Positions 34,901-47,995 of a stretch of 64,000 nucleotides of DNA are shown here, in pieces (within the stretch, counting starts at the first letter, position 1; each line of letters begins with the position of its first letter). The notes below the pieces were generated by a model that saw only the letters and a program-made list of their open reading frames with translations, did not search any database and had not been told where the DNA came from. Made by a program: the position numbers and the translations under genes. The stretch is from Octopus sinensis (taxonomy: Eukaryota). Location: the NCBI RefSeq assembly GCF_006345805.1, contig NC_043022.1, positions 20,336,001-20,400,000 on the forward strand. Direction: 5' to 3'.

Positions 34901-37069
34901 AGAAGTTGGTCTCTGCACATTTCCAGTGTTTATTGCTCCTGAGCATTTGCCACAGACAAAAACTATTTTCCTAGTTAGCCTTCCTTTGACATTGCTGCAC
35001 CTCTTATGTGTCCATAGCTTACACTTGTGCATCTTATAGAGTTTCTACCTACACCTTTTTTACAGATCGAGCAGGCCATCTACCTGAAGGCGTATGTGAT
35101 TGATCTACCTTCCTACTTATTAGGACTTTGGTTTTGGCTAGGTTGATTCTAAGGCCCTTCGATTCTAATCCTTGTTTCCACACCTGAAACTTCTCCTCCA
35201 GTTCTGATAGTGACTCAGCAATTAGAGCAAGGTCATCAGCATAGAGGAGCTCCCAGGGGCATCCTGTCTTGAATTCCTCCGTTATTGCCTGGAGGACTAT
35301 ATAATAGGAGGGGACTGAGGACTGAACCTTGGTGGACCCCAACCTCTACCCGGAATTCTTCACTGTACTCGTTGCCAACCCTCACCTTACTAGCAGCGTC
35401 TCTGTACATGGCTTGCACAGCTCTCACCAACCATTCTTCTATCCCTAGTTTCCTCATTGACCACCAGATAAGGGATCGGGGGACCCTGTCAAAGGCTTTC
35501 TCCAAGTCAACAAAAGCCAGGTACAAGGGCTTATCTTTGGCTAGGTATTTCTCCTGCAGCTGTCTACCAGGAATATAGCATCAGTAGTACTTTTCCCTGG
35601 CACGACCCAAACTGCATATCATCTAAGCTAACTCTCTCTCTAATTAGTTGGGCTATAACCCTCTCCGTAACCTTCATTACCTGATCCAGCAGCTTGATGC
35701 CCCTGTAGTTATTTGTCTCTAGGGCGTCGCCTTTACCTTTGTAGCAGTTGACTATTATGCTGCCTACACCAGTCATTGGTATGCCCTCGTGTATCACCTG
35801 GTTAACTATACGGGTGACTAAGCTATAGCCGACACCACCAGATATTTTGAGCATCTCTGCAGTAATCCTGATGGGCCTGGGGCTTTCCTGTTTTCATGCT
35901 TCTAATTGCCTTATCTACTAAGGAACTGTTAACTCGGATTGCTGGTCCCTCTGTTGGGTCGACATTCGGAGACTCTCTTTATCCCATTCATTTTCTTCAT
36001 TCAGCAACCTATCATAGTGGCGTCTCCAAGCTTCTCTCTTTGCATCCTCATTAAGCGCAAGTGAACCGTCATCCTTGCGAACACATTTCTCTCCTACCAC
36101 GTCACGATTCTCTCTCACACACTGTCTTGCAACACGAAATACCTCAAGTCTTTCATCCTCACGACGCAGGACATTGGCAAATTTTTCCTTATCTGCCTCC
36201 CCTCTGGCTAGATAGACCTGTCTCCTGGCTTCCCTTCTGGCAGACTGATACACTTCCCTGCTACCACCGTTCTTCCAGGCCTTCCAAGCCTGTTTCTTTT
36301 GTCTAATAGCCCTGTCAACAATATTGTTCCACCACCACGTTATTTTGGGTCTTAAGGGGACTTTGCACCAGCCACAGATCTGGTCAGCGGCTTTCAGCAG
36401 GTTGTCCCTCAGAAGCGTCCAGTTGTCTTCTACCCCATGCGTAGTATACTCCCTTCCATTTCGTCTAAGGCTTCAAATAACATATCTCTAAATCTCTGTC
36501 CATTCGCAGGGTCTTTAAGCTTCCAGACCCTTCTTCTCCATGTTGGTCGTCTTCTAGTCGCCCTCTAGTCCTGATCCTAAAGTCACTACTACCAGTCTAT
36601 GTTGTGGGGTGCATTCTTCACCTGGGAAGGTTTTGGCATTTATAAGCAGCCATCTTTCCCTTTTCTGGCAAGGATGTAGTCGATTTGGCTAGTATGCCGG
36701 CCCGATCGGTAGGTGACCAGGTGGCTTGTCGGTTTCCTGAAGTTAGTGTTGCAAATCATAAGACTATTCGCATCGCAGAACTCCAGCAGCCTGGTTCCCT
36801 CCTCGTTGCGGGAACCATAACCGTAGCCTCCATGCACGCCATGGAAGCCCCCAGCACATCGTCCAACATGCCCATTGAAGTCACCAGCCACAAAGAGAAG
36901 GTCCCTGTCGTTCGTCAATGATGTGGTCTGCAGTAGGGTGTCATAGAAACAGTCTTTCTGTCCATCAGGTAGCCCTGGCTGAGGGGCATAGGCCGATATA
37001 ATAGTTGCTAAACTATGATGGAGCACTAATCTAATCTTAATTATTCTGTCACTTACTCTGACTATATAT
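31931..37069 (-). mobile_element. 5'-truncated RTE-clade LINE with tandemly amplified 3' end
   Basis: APE endonuclease (SAYAPQ, GDFNGHVG), RT (FVDLEKAFDRV, GVHQGSVLSP, YADDL), C-terminus ~34300 and (ATC/GAT)n tail at 31931-31952; several 1-bp frameshifts. Confidence 0.92.
32100..34311. repeat. Hierarchical tandem array (~50-bp subunits within ~300-400-bp units) derived from the RTE 3' end
   Basis: Recurring ccgggtcttc junction at ~32544, 32883, 33268, 33571, 33970 and 34303. Confidence 0.85.
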
Positions 37070-37642
37070 ATATATAATATATACATACATACACAAAAAC
37101 ACACATATACATATATATACACACACACATATAACATAAACATGCACAATGGGCTTCCACACAGTTTCCATCTCCCAAATCCACTCACAAAGTATATATA
37201 GGCCCAGAGCTATAGCAGAAGACATCTACGTATTGTAGTTTGAGGGAACTGTAATGTGAAGGACAAAATATATTTCACCTACCTCTTAGTGTCAGCTGTC
37301 CAGCTGTGTTGAATCCAAGACATGCCCTACCTGTCTCACCTATTGCTAGTAGCTACTGCTAAAGCCCTGCCTTGCTCTTGCATCCATTCACCACAACTGC
37401 CTCGAGGCCAAAGGGGACCATGCTGGTCCTACTTCCCTCCATTTGATGCTCCCTCTTTCTCTTCTAATGGGGCCCCTTGGCCATTGACATCACTACCCTT
37501 TCCTTCCAGTTCACCTTTATTTAAATAACCTCTACATAAATATACTCTATTTATACTGGGCTTCTTTTCTTCTCTACCATGTACCAACAACATATGGACT
37601 TCTGAAAACTTTTCTTTTTCAAAACAACAGAGTTATACTTAC

Positions 37643-37805
37643 TTCTCTTAACTAACTTTGTAGGTATCGGAACATCATCATTTGTTGCATCACCATTCAT
37701 TATATTGCCATTCTTCACGTCACCATTCTTTGCATTCTTTTCAGGTTGTTCTTCGGTAAAATCATTTTGTTGATCAATCATCATTTGCAGAAGATCTTTC
37801 CTGAA
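37643..37805 (-). CDS. CYP3A-like copy B exon 9 (FRKDLLQMMIDQQ plus Asn/Asp-rich loop)
   Basis: 163 bp, an in-frame 15 bp shorter than copy A; AG/GTAAGT. Confidence 0.9.
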
Positions 37806-38074
37806 CTATTAAACAGAAAATTTAATAAGAGAAAAATGAATAAGGGGAAAAATTATAATCCATATAATATAAAATGTTAGTCCTTTACTGGAGTCATTCA
37901 TTCTCTTTCCGTCTGTCTTTTCTTTTTTTACAGCATTCAGCTGTAAAAATCCTGCCAAAACAGTCACAGAAGTCTGGTGCAGGCTTATGCTTGGCTGGTT
38001 CCTGTCAAATCATCTCACCCATGCAAGCATGGAAGCTGGATGTTAATCAATGATGATGTTTCAGTTCTATATTT

Positions 38075-40677
38075 GTTCAAACCGGCCATATCCGGCCAGA
38101 ATTAATTCCCCTTTATTTGTTCAAACCGGCCAAATCCGGCCGTAAATGACCACTCTACGAAATGGCTAAAAAAATAAACAAATGACGTTATTAAATTCTC
38201 GTAGCTTTGAGATAATGCGAGATGAAGCCTTTCCCGCCTTTATTCAAGTATAAATACTGTGAAATTGTTTCGACCACATGGTTATTTCCACGTGTGAAGA
38301 GAACTATACGTTTGTTGTGAAAAAAATGGCGTCAGCAAGTAGCGATTCCGATTTTGAAGGCTTTACCATTGATGATGTTGAAGATATCAACGAAAACAAA
38401 AGTCTTTTGACTTGGAATGAGTCTGATATTGATATCAGCGATTATTCGTCGGACGAAGAAAATTTCGATGACGAAAGTGAAGAAAATGAAAGTGATGAAA
38501 ACGATAGTGTAAACAAGGCAACATGGTCGAAAATTACGACACCAGTAACAATTTCTGATTTTACAGAAAACACTGGTCCACAACATGATTTACCTCCTGA
38601 TGCTCAACCACTGGATTATCTATTTTTATTTTTGCCTCAAAGTTTTTTTGAAAATGTTGCGGAGCAAACGAACAAATATGCCCAACATTTAATTTCTGTT
38701 CGTGGAAGGAGCGATCCGCTATGGCTGCCAACAAATACTGCGGAAATAAGAGCATTTTTTACGATCAACATTATGTTTGGAGTCAGACAGCTTCCTCGAC
38801 TGTGGAACTATTGGAGTCCCGATGTAAGGTATGGCGATCCATATATTTCAAGCATCATGTCGAAGATGAGGTATTCGAAAATATCTCAGTATTTGCATTT
38901 GACTGATTCTTCCAATGCTCCCAACAAAAACGACCCAAACTACGATCCCCTGTACAAAGTACGTCCGGTAATCGATTTACTCGTACATAATTATAAAACT
39001 ATTTATTTACCTGGAAAAAATCTCAGTGTAGATGAAGCGATGATAGGATTTAAGGGCAGAGTACATTTTCGGCAGTACATGCCTGCCAAACCTACTAAAT
39101 GGGGGATCAAGGTATGGGAAGTTTGTGAATCGGAGACAGGATACTGTGTAAACTTCGATGTTTACACAGGTAAGAAATATAATGCGAAAAGACCACATGG
39201 ATTGGGACATGATGTTGTATGGTCTCTTACACAACCTTTTCACCATCAGCACCGACACCTCTATTTCGATCGTTTTTTTTCTTCAGTGGCTTTGGCAGAA
39301 AATCTTGCACGTGTAAGCACTTACATGTGCAGCACTGTTATGGGAAATCGTAAAGGTTTACCCCATGAAATAAAAGCAAAATTAAAAAAAAGAGGGGACA
39401 TTTTGCAAATGCAAAAACAAAATTTGTTAGTTACTGCATTTAAGACAAAAGGCAGATTTTATTTCTGTCTTCTAATGAACAAACTGGTGTTGGGGCTGAG
39501 GGGAAACCCCTCGTGAATATTGCTACAACAAATATATGGGTGGCGTAGACAAATCCGACCAATATCGGGCATATTAACCCAGTTGGTCGACCTGGGAAGA
39601 AATGGTGGAGGTACATTTTGTGGTTTTTAGTTAATTTAACTATAGTAAATGCCCACATTGTTTACGTAAAAAGCCACAAAGTACCTCCGCCACCGAAAGA
39701 CTACGACCACTTGAAATTTCGGGTTGACATTGCATCTCAGTTACGTGAGGGCTTTTCTTCTAGAAAGCACAGAGCTGGGAGAAAAGCAAAATTAACTGAG
39801 GTGGATGTCAACAGAGAAAATGTTGACTTCCATCAAATGGAAAAAATAGATGGAAGAAAAAAAGTGTGCAGACTGTGTTCGCAACAAAAAAAAAAACTGC
39901 GAAAGGGTACCAGATCGAAACATCCTACATGTGTTCGTTTTGCCAAGTGCCCTTGTGTAAAGGGTGCTTTGGACAGTTTCATGACAGAAATATGCCATAA
40001 ATGTATAATTTTACATATTCCTTTTAATTTTATAATATAATATGTGAAAGTGAGAACTACATATTAATTTTCAGTATGTTACACACCTGTATTCACCTTT
40101 GTCTCACCTGTTAATGAGATTTTTTTATTAGATGCATTCTGTTACGTGAATGAATTCATTAAATTGTATATGAGTGCATAGCCAATGGTATATTGACTAG
40201 TAAAAGAGTTTTTGTACTTTCTTTTCAATGATGACGTTTGAATGAAATATAGAAAAAGAGTAAAATCTTGTACTGATTACACCTGTATTTTAATTCATTC
40301 AAATTAATGTACCTCATCTTGAAAAATGTAAAATTGTTGGCCGTTGACATCTGGGATAATTTTAGCAGCAAATCAAACAGGTAAGATGTATTAAGAATAT
40401 GAATTTTAGTGTTTATTCATAATGTTATTGTTTTTACACCTGTTAATTAAATTTACCTGCCCATAAAAGTCAAATGTAGTGAGAAAGATCAGCTAAAATT
40501 ACGTAATTATAAACCACTGGCATTTAAGCACCCATTTACAAAGTTTCAAATCTGTATGTAGAAAATTAACAAAGTTACAAGTAAATATTGTGGACACCCC
40601 ACTTGAACCTGAATAAATCCAAATTAATCTGAACAGATAAGCATTACATTTGACAAGTTAATCTGAACACTAAAGGG
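38075..40677 (+). mobile_element. piggyBac DNA transposon (PGBD4-like transposase, frameshifted)
   Basis: ORF 38278-39516 with SVDEAM and YFDRFF catalytic motifs; YNKYMGGVD and Cys-rich C-terminus in shifted frames; right end ...ctaaaggg|TTAA (40678-40681); empty TTAA site at 6370-6373 in paralog A. Confidence 0.92.
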
Positions 40678-41208
40678 TTAAGAGATGAGGAATTATGTAC
40701 ATTATTAACATTCAACGGATATTTGTCCTCATCTTGTTTGTTGTTAACACACATTTCGGCTGTTATACCCTCCAGCCTTCTTCAGGTGTCTTGGGGAAAT
40801 TTCAAGCCTGGGTTCTCATTCCTAAAGTATTTTTTAATGTTATTATTAGTATCATTAGTAATAATGCCCACAGGTATATGGTGTAGAGGTTAAGTGTACG
40901 GGCTACTAACCCCAAGATTCTAAGTTCGATTCCAAGCAGTGACCTGAACAATAATAATAATAACAACATCGAAAAATACCTTAGGAATGAGAACCCAGGT
41001 TCGAAGTTTCCCCAAGACACCTGAAGAAGGCTGGAGGGTATAACAGCCGAAACATTGTGTTAACAACAAACAAGATGAGGACAAATATCCGTCGAATGTA
41101 AATAATGCAAATGATGATGTTTGCTGTGTGTGTGTCTTCTCAAATAAGACAACTTATGGCATGAAGTAAAAAATGTTCAATTTATAAAAACAAAACACTG
41201 AACTTTAC

Positions 41209-41330
41209 CTGGCCATTACCTTGTTTTCGATCTGCCAAGATTTTCTTGCATAAATCATAAAAGAATTTTCCTGATCGAGTTGCAAGCACTTTTGTGAATA
41301 ACAGGAACTTGAAAAACTTGCGTGAAAGAA
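41209..41330 (-). CDS. CYP3A-like copy B exon 8 (LSRKFFKFLLFTKVLATRSGKFFYDLCKKILADRKQGNGQ)
   Basis: 122 bp; canonical splice sites. Confidence 0.88.
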
Positions 41331-41527
41331 CTACAAAGATACAAAAGAATGAAGTGTTTAACTGACAGTGTGCATGTGTGTGCCTACGTGTGTATTTATA
41401 TGTGTGTGTGCATGTATATATAAGCATGTGTGTGTGTATGTGTGTGTGTGTGTATATATATATTGATAGAAATGGTAAGACAACAAAAGAATGAAAGAGA
41501 CCTCGATATTATGTAAATAGAGGAATT

Positions 41528-41785
41528 TATCTGTGAATGTAATATGTGACAATTATTCAGTAGCCATGATAAAACTCCGAGTTTCAGATGTCGTGGTGGA
41601 AATGCACGTCACCATCTCTTCAGTTATCCGGCCATCGGAAAAAATGCTATGAAAATGACGCCATAGCAATTTTTCCGATGGCCAAATAACTGAAGAGATG
41701 GTGGTGTGGATTTCCACCCTCACATCTAAAACTCAGAGTTTTATCATGGCTACCGAATAATTGTCACATATTACATTCACAGATA
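41528..41785. repeat. Near-perfect foldback (124-bp arms, 10-nt loop)
   Basis: 41528-41651 is the reverse complement of 41662-41785 with few mismatches. Confidence 0.9.
41568..41628 (-). ncRNA. Hammerhead ribozyme-like motif within a foldback
   Basis: gauaa-CUGAAGA-gaug...cauc-u-GAAAC-ucgga-GUU-uuauc; stem I 5 bp, near-palindromic stem III. Confidence 0.5.
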
Positions 41786-41818
41786 TATATATATATATAT
41801 AATATATATATATAGATA

Positions 41819-41876
<58 letters not shown>

Positions 41877-42759
41877 CAAAATGGGACAAGAATGCAAAAC
41901 ATCCAGATAGACGATACAAAGAAAACAAAGATGGATCATTCGGAGTTTTCTTTCCTCAGTCAAGTTCTAGATTATCTTTACAAAGTAAAATCTCATTGAC
42001 TCAGATGAGTCAAACATTTGCTTAACTCAAAGTGAATTAAAGACCCATCAATATAATAATAGTTTATAGTTACTCCCATTGTAAGAGAACTTGAGTCAAG
42101 TGGCCATCAGATGTTTTTGCTATTATAATTTAGTAATACTCTGTTATATACAAATTGTACAGTAATAAGGATGTATTTTCAAGAATAACAAAACGGAAGT
42201 TAGTAAACATACTTACTTCATATTTAGTGTTCAAGTGTATTTGAAAACACGAGTTGAAACACATGATATTTGTATGATTATGAGAGGATTACAATGTGTA
42301 GTAGTCGTATGTTTTGATAGTAAATTTCTTTCACAGTAGTACAACTCTTCATAGCATTACATTAAATTATAACAGTGTTATTATTTTGACTCCATTCCTA
42401 TAATTTACTTTGTTCGACTTACATTGAAATTTCAAGTTTCTTTCAGTCTATCTCTTCAAGCTTCTAGAATATATTCCGTTCTTTAGTTCATGAAACAACT
42501 TTTAAAAGTATTGCAATTTTGAGTTCAAACGTTTTGTGCCCAAAACTTTTACTGTAAAAACGTAAATTTTTAAAAGTAAAATTTTGTAAAATAAACTTCT
42601 CTTTAGTTTTAATCTATGCATATAAGAATGTTTATCATGATTGTTTTTATGGTTTTATACTTTTTGTGATCTAGTTATGTTTTATAAAAATATATTTTAT
42701 TTTTTATTTATGATTTGGTTTATGTCTATCATTGTTTGAATTGCATAAAAGTGTTTTTT

Positions 42760-42773
42760 CTCTAATTTATATA

Positions 42774-42810
<37 letters not shown>

Positions 42811-42976
42811 CACACACACACATAGATACATATATATATATACACACACACACACATAGATACATATAATATATATACACACACACACATAGATACATAC
42901 ATATATATACACACCACACACATAGATACATACATATATATATATATAATACACACACACACATAGATACTACATA

Positions 42977-43013
<37 letters not shown>

Positions 43014-43065
43014 TAGATACATACATATATATATTATATATATATATATATACACACACACATAG

Positions 43066-43111
<46 letters not shown>

Positions 43112-43271
43112 CACACACACAAATAGATACATACATATATATAGATATATATATATATAATATACACACACACACATAGATACATATATATATATCTATA
43201 TATACTAATACAATTGTTCGTTTGTTTTCCACCTGCCTTCGTCTTTTGTTTATTTTCATAAAGCTTCCCGT

Positions 43272-43314
<43 letters not shown>

Positions 43315-43470
43315 ACACACACCACACATAGATACATATATATATATACATATATATACACACATATATATACATATATATATATATATACATATACATA
43401 TAATATACACATTTATATACATATATATATATATACATTTATATACATATTATATATATATATATATACA
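42760..43470. repeat. Compound (TA)n/(CA)n microsatellite with recurring catagatacat motif
   Basis: Direct reading. Confidence 0.85.
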
Positions 43471-44645
43471 TGACTTTCTGAAGGATAGAAGTCAGGTGGT
43501 AGTAGCCAATGGGGCCACTTCCATTAACACACAAATAGTGAGCGGTGTTCCGCAGGGCACTGTTTTGGGATCACTACTGTTCATAATGGCCCTCTTAGAC
43601 ATGCCCTCAACCACGCAGAGAGCCACGATCACAAGTTACGCAGATGATACAAAAGTTTCACAGGCAATACAGAACCCTGAAGACACTAAGCACCTGCAAT
43701 GTGAGCTGGACAAAATATACAAGTGGGCTGAAAAGAATAGCATGCAGTTCAATGCTGAAAAGTTTCAAGCTTTACGCTATCAGCATGCAAAACTGAATGC
43801 AATACCCAATGAATACACTGGACCTGGAGGGATTGCAATCCCAGAGGCACAATCAGTGCGTGACCTGGGTATTCACATGAGTGATGACGCAACCTTTCAT
43901 GTACATGTTGCTAAACTGGCAATGAAATGTAGACGGCTGGCCGGATGGATTCTTAGAACCTTTAGAACAAGAGAACAAGAAACCATGATGGTCCTCAGGA
44001 AGACACTTGTCCTAAGCCACTTTGACTATTGCTCTCAGCTATGGTCACCATCCAGTGTCAAGTTGATCACAGAACTTGAGGCGATTCAATGAAGCTACAC
44101 GAAGAAGATAGCCTCTGTGCAGCATATAAGCTACTGGGAAAGACTCAAGAGATTAAAACTCTATTCCTTGGAGCGTAGGCAAGAAAGATATGCCATAATA
44201 TATATCTGGAAGATCCTGGAAGGACTTGTCCCAAACTTTGGCATCGAGAGTCACACAAATGCCAGAACCGGGCGCCACTGCGTGGTGCCAAGGACTCCAA
44301 ATTTGCCATCAAGATGTAGGACAAGATACTGTGATAGCCTGGGCTTCCGAGGCCCACAGCTCTTCAATATCCTCCTGAAGAACCTGAGGGACCTGCATGG
44401 TGTAGATGCGGATGTCTTTAAAGTAGGACTGGATCTCTTCCTGTCAGGTGTCCCGGATGAACCAACTTCATGGCAGGAGGTGCAGATGAGGGCAGCTGCA
44501 TTGAACTCTCTCATGCACCAAATGGCAGTTGCTAAAAAGCATTTGTGAGGTAAAATCATGTAGCAACACCAAATGGCGGTGCCCCAGCATGGCCACAGCT
44601 CATGAGCTGAAACTGGAAAAATCAAAAAATCAATCAAAATCAATC
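43470..44645 (+). mobile_element. 5'-truncated CR1-like LINE (RT C-terminal half and 3' tail)
   Basis: [24 protein letters not shown] motifs; one in-frame TGA at 44090-44092; simple-repeat tail. Confidence 0.85.
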
Positions 44646-44821
44646 ATACGCATTTATATACATATATATATATATTGATCCATTCTTGTTGCTTTTTTCC
44701 TATTTGTAATCACCCCACTTTGTCGTATGGTTAACACCATATAGATTTCCGGTGCATCCAAGTTAAGTACCATATTCATGTGAATTCATTAGAACTCACT
44801 TGAATCTCAATTGCTTAAACC

Positions 44822-44857
<36 letters not shown>

Positions 44858-44878
44858 TTATATACATATATATATACA

Positions 44879-45259
44879 CTAGCAGTATCGCCCGGCGTTG
44901 CTCGGGTTTGTAAGAGAAATAACTATAAAGCATTTTTAGAGAGTTATAGCCAAAAAATAGCAAAAAAATGGGAAAAAAAATTATGGTAAATTTTTTTTGA
45001 TAGTTAAAAAGGTCGAGTTGCGTCCCCTAGACCATCTGTGGTTTGTGTTTCTGATTGTCGACCCCATGTCGAATTTATCGATCTTTTTCAGAACTGGGGG
45101 AACTTTTCAAAACTTTCGCTGCGTTAGTTTTGAATTATGACATTGGGCTATGTGTGTGTCAAGTTTCATCAGAATCGGTTGAAAGCCGTGGTCAGGGTGA
45201 GGGTACAACCAAACAGACACACAGAAACACACACAGACAAACTGCCGTTTATATAGAGA
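44879..45259 (-). mobile_element. Non-autonomous Helitron
   Basis: 5' TC start, 3' CTAG preceded by GC-rich hairpin cccgagcaacgccggg, inserted between A and T. Confidence 0.7.
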
Positions 45260-46988
45260 TATATATATATATATATTGATCCATTCTTGTTGCTTTTTTC
45301 CTATTTGTAATCACCCCACTTGTCGTATGGTTAACACCATATAGATTTCCGGTGCATCCAAGTTAAGTACTATATTCATGTGAATTCATTAGAACTCACT
45401 TGAATCTCAATTGCTTAAACCGTATATATATATATATACACACATTTATATACATATATATATATACACATTTATATACATATATATATATACATATTTA
45501 TATACATATAAATGTGTATATATATATATATATCATCATCATCATTTAGCGTCCGTTTTCCATGCTAGCATGGGTTGGACGGGTCAACTGGGGTCTGTGA
45601 AGCTGGAAGGCTTCGTCAGGCCCAGTCAGATCTGGCAGTGTTTCTACGGCTGGATGCCCTTCCTAACGCCAACCACTCCGCGAGTGTAGTGGGTGTTTTT
45701 TACGTGCCACCTGCACAGGTGTCAGACAGAGCTGGCAAACATATATATATATATATATATATACATACATATACACACATATATATATATATACACACAC
45801 ACACATATATACAACAGGCTTCTTTCAGTTTCTGTCTACCGAATCCACTCACAAGGATTATGTCAGACTGAGACTATAGTAGAAGACATTTACCCAAAGT
45901 GGCAAACACTGGGACTGAACCCAGAACCATGTTGTTGGGAAGCAAGCTGGTTACCACACAGCCATATATATATTATCATCATCATACGTATACAACCACA
46001 TATATATGCATAGATATATATACATCCATAAACATACACACATACTCACTTTTATATTATATATATAAACTAACAGCAAAGCCTGGTTTCACCCGGTCTG
46101 TTTGGATGATGTGGCTGTGATTGTTTTCAGTTAGGCATAATCTATAACACCGTTTCTCGACCTTATCATTTTGGGTCCCCTGTTTTGACTGGAGCCTCCA
46201 GATGTATGAAAATTTCCTGACTCCCTGCTCCCTGTCAGAAAACAGCTTCAGGATTTGTGAAGAATGAATTTGTTATGTAATCTGTTTCTGAGAACTATTC
46301 TATTGGGCCTCTGTCTAATCATTAAAACATTGATTTAATTATGAACATAGAAAAGGTCATGTTATAAATTTTTTAGGATTGTTGATTTACGGAAAAAATT
46401 ATGTTAAATTTTTGAAATGCAAATATGTGAATGAAAATTAAGTTCAGACCTCTACATGGTAGTTAGACCTGGTAGAAATAGCTGCCAAATCCCTCTCAAA
46501 ACACCCTACTGTCTTAATCCAACAATTCTGCCTACTATGTAGTTCGCCTGAGAAACTGTAACTAAAGATTAAGATTATTAACCTTACAAAGAAGTGAAAG
46601 AAGAGAGACAGCATAGAGAAAGTTTTGGCTGACTGTCATCCTGTACTCCCCTTGTTGCTAGCGAAATGGTATATGCTGGCTGTGTGAGCAACTGGTTGTT
46701 TTAATGGTGAAACAAACAGGGAAATTCCATTAGAAAAAGTTTTAATCGGTTTTCTCGGTAAGTATGGGGGCTAGGAAAAAAATACAAACCGCATTCCAAT
46801 CTATGCACCCATCCCCACATGTGTGCCATTTTTCACACGAATCCACCCAGCCGTTTGGCTGTGAACCTCAAGACAAGAAAGAATACAACGATCGCCCATG
46901 TTCAATTTATATTATAGATTACATTGGATTAAAAAACAACTGTAAAATATAAAGGAAACGTAAAAAGACAAACAAAGGGTCAACTAAC

Positions 46989-47137
46989 AACCAATGACAA
47001 AGACCGATGCAAATCGATTTCTGCGGACCAAGTATGTGGCATTCTTGACAAATGGATTGTCTGGATTCTTCTGTGAGTTAACTTCTACACCAAAAGCTGT
47101 TGTAGCAATAACATCCATGGTAAAGCAACCAAACAGA
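46989..47137 (-). CDS. CYP3A-like copy B exon 7 (LFGCFTMDVIATTAFG...RNRFASVFVIG)
   Basis: 149 bp; AG/GTTAGT. Confidence 0.92.
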
Positions 47138-47906
47138 CTGGAATGGAAATGAGAAAAAATAAAATGTGTAATGTGGGTTGTCATCATCAGCATCATCATC
47201 ATAACTATCATTGTTTGTCATCATTACCATCAACATTGTCTTCCTCGTCATCACCATAATGGTCATCAACATCATCATTATCAATATCATCATACTCATA
47301 GTTGTCATCATCTTTAGTATCATCATCAATATCTTCATTATTATTCTTGTTATCATCATTATCATCATCGTTGTGATCATCATCATCATCACCATCATCA
47401 ACACTGTCATCACACCTGTCATCATCTTTAGCATCATGATCATCATCATCCTCATCATCTTTATCATCATCAACGTCACCACGGCTGTCATCATCAGCTT
47501 CATCATCTTCATCATTGTCACTGTCATCACCACCATTACTACTTGTTTTTAACGAGTCATAATCACCCTTGCCAGTCATAGAGGACTTCATGTCATGTGC
47601 ACAACATCACCAGTGAGAAAAATCATCATCATCATCCTTTTATACCTACAGGGTGTCCCAAAAGTCACTAATGGCTTTCACTAAATGCATGAAATTTTGA
47701 TACAATATAAACGACATAATGGAAATTAATATGCACATGTCAAATTTTGAAACACCACTACATCACATATGAAAAATTACATCGCTTAAATGGCAGTTGG
47801 ACATTAACCGAGTTGAGCTGGAGGCAGGAAGCAGCAGTAAGAGCAACAGTAATAACAACGACAACTACAACAAAAAGAAGATAGGTCACCAAATGCCAGT
47901 ACTCAC

Positions 47907-47995
47907 CGGTTCACATCCACGTCTTCCCCTGTTTTTGCAAAATTGTTGCAGGTTTTGTCCAAATTATCAGCTGCTGTCTGTACGAGTGGTTGCAT
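47907..47995 (-). CDS. CYP3A-like copy B exon 6 (MQPLVQTAADNLDKTCNNFAKTGEDVDVN)
   Basis: 89 bp; AG/GTGAGT. Confidence 0.88.

Noticed and set aside
41870-41985. Additional hammerhead in the repeat here and at ~61840-61920
   Set aside because: Only a CUGAGGA-like half core with weak stems is present. GAAA and the cleavage triplet could not be placed convincingly.
42697-43473. Tyr/Ile-rich ORFs
   Set aside because: These are translations of the (TA)n/(CA)n microsatellite.
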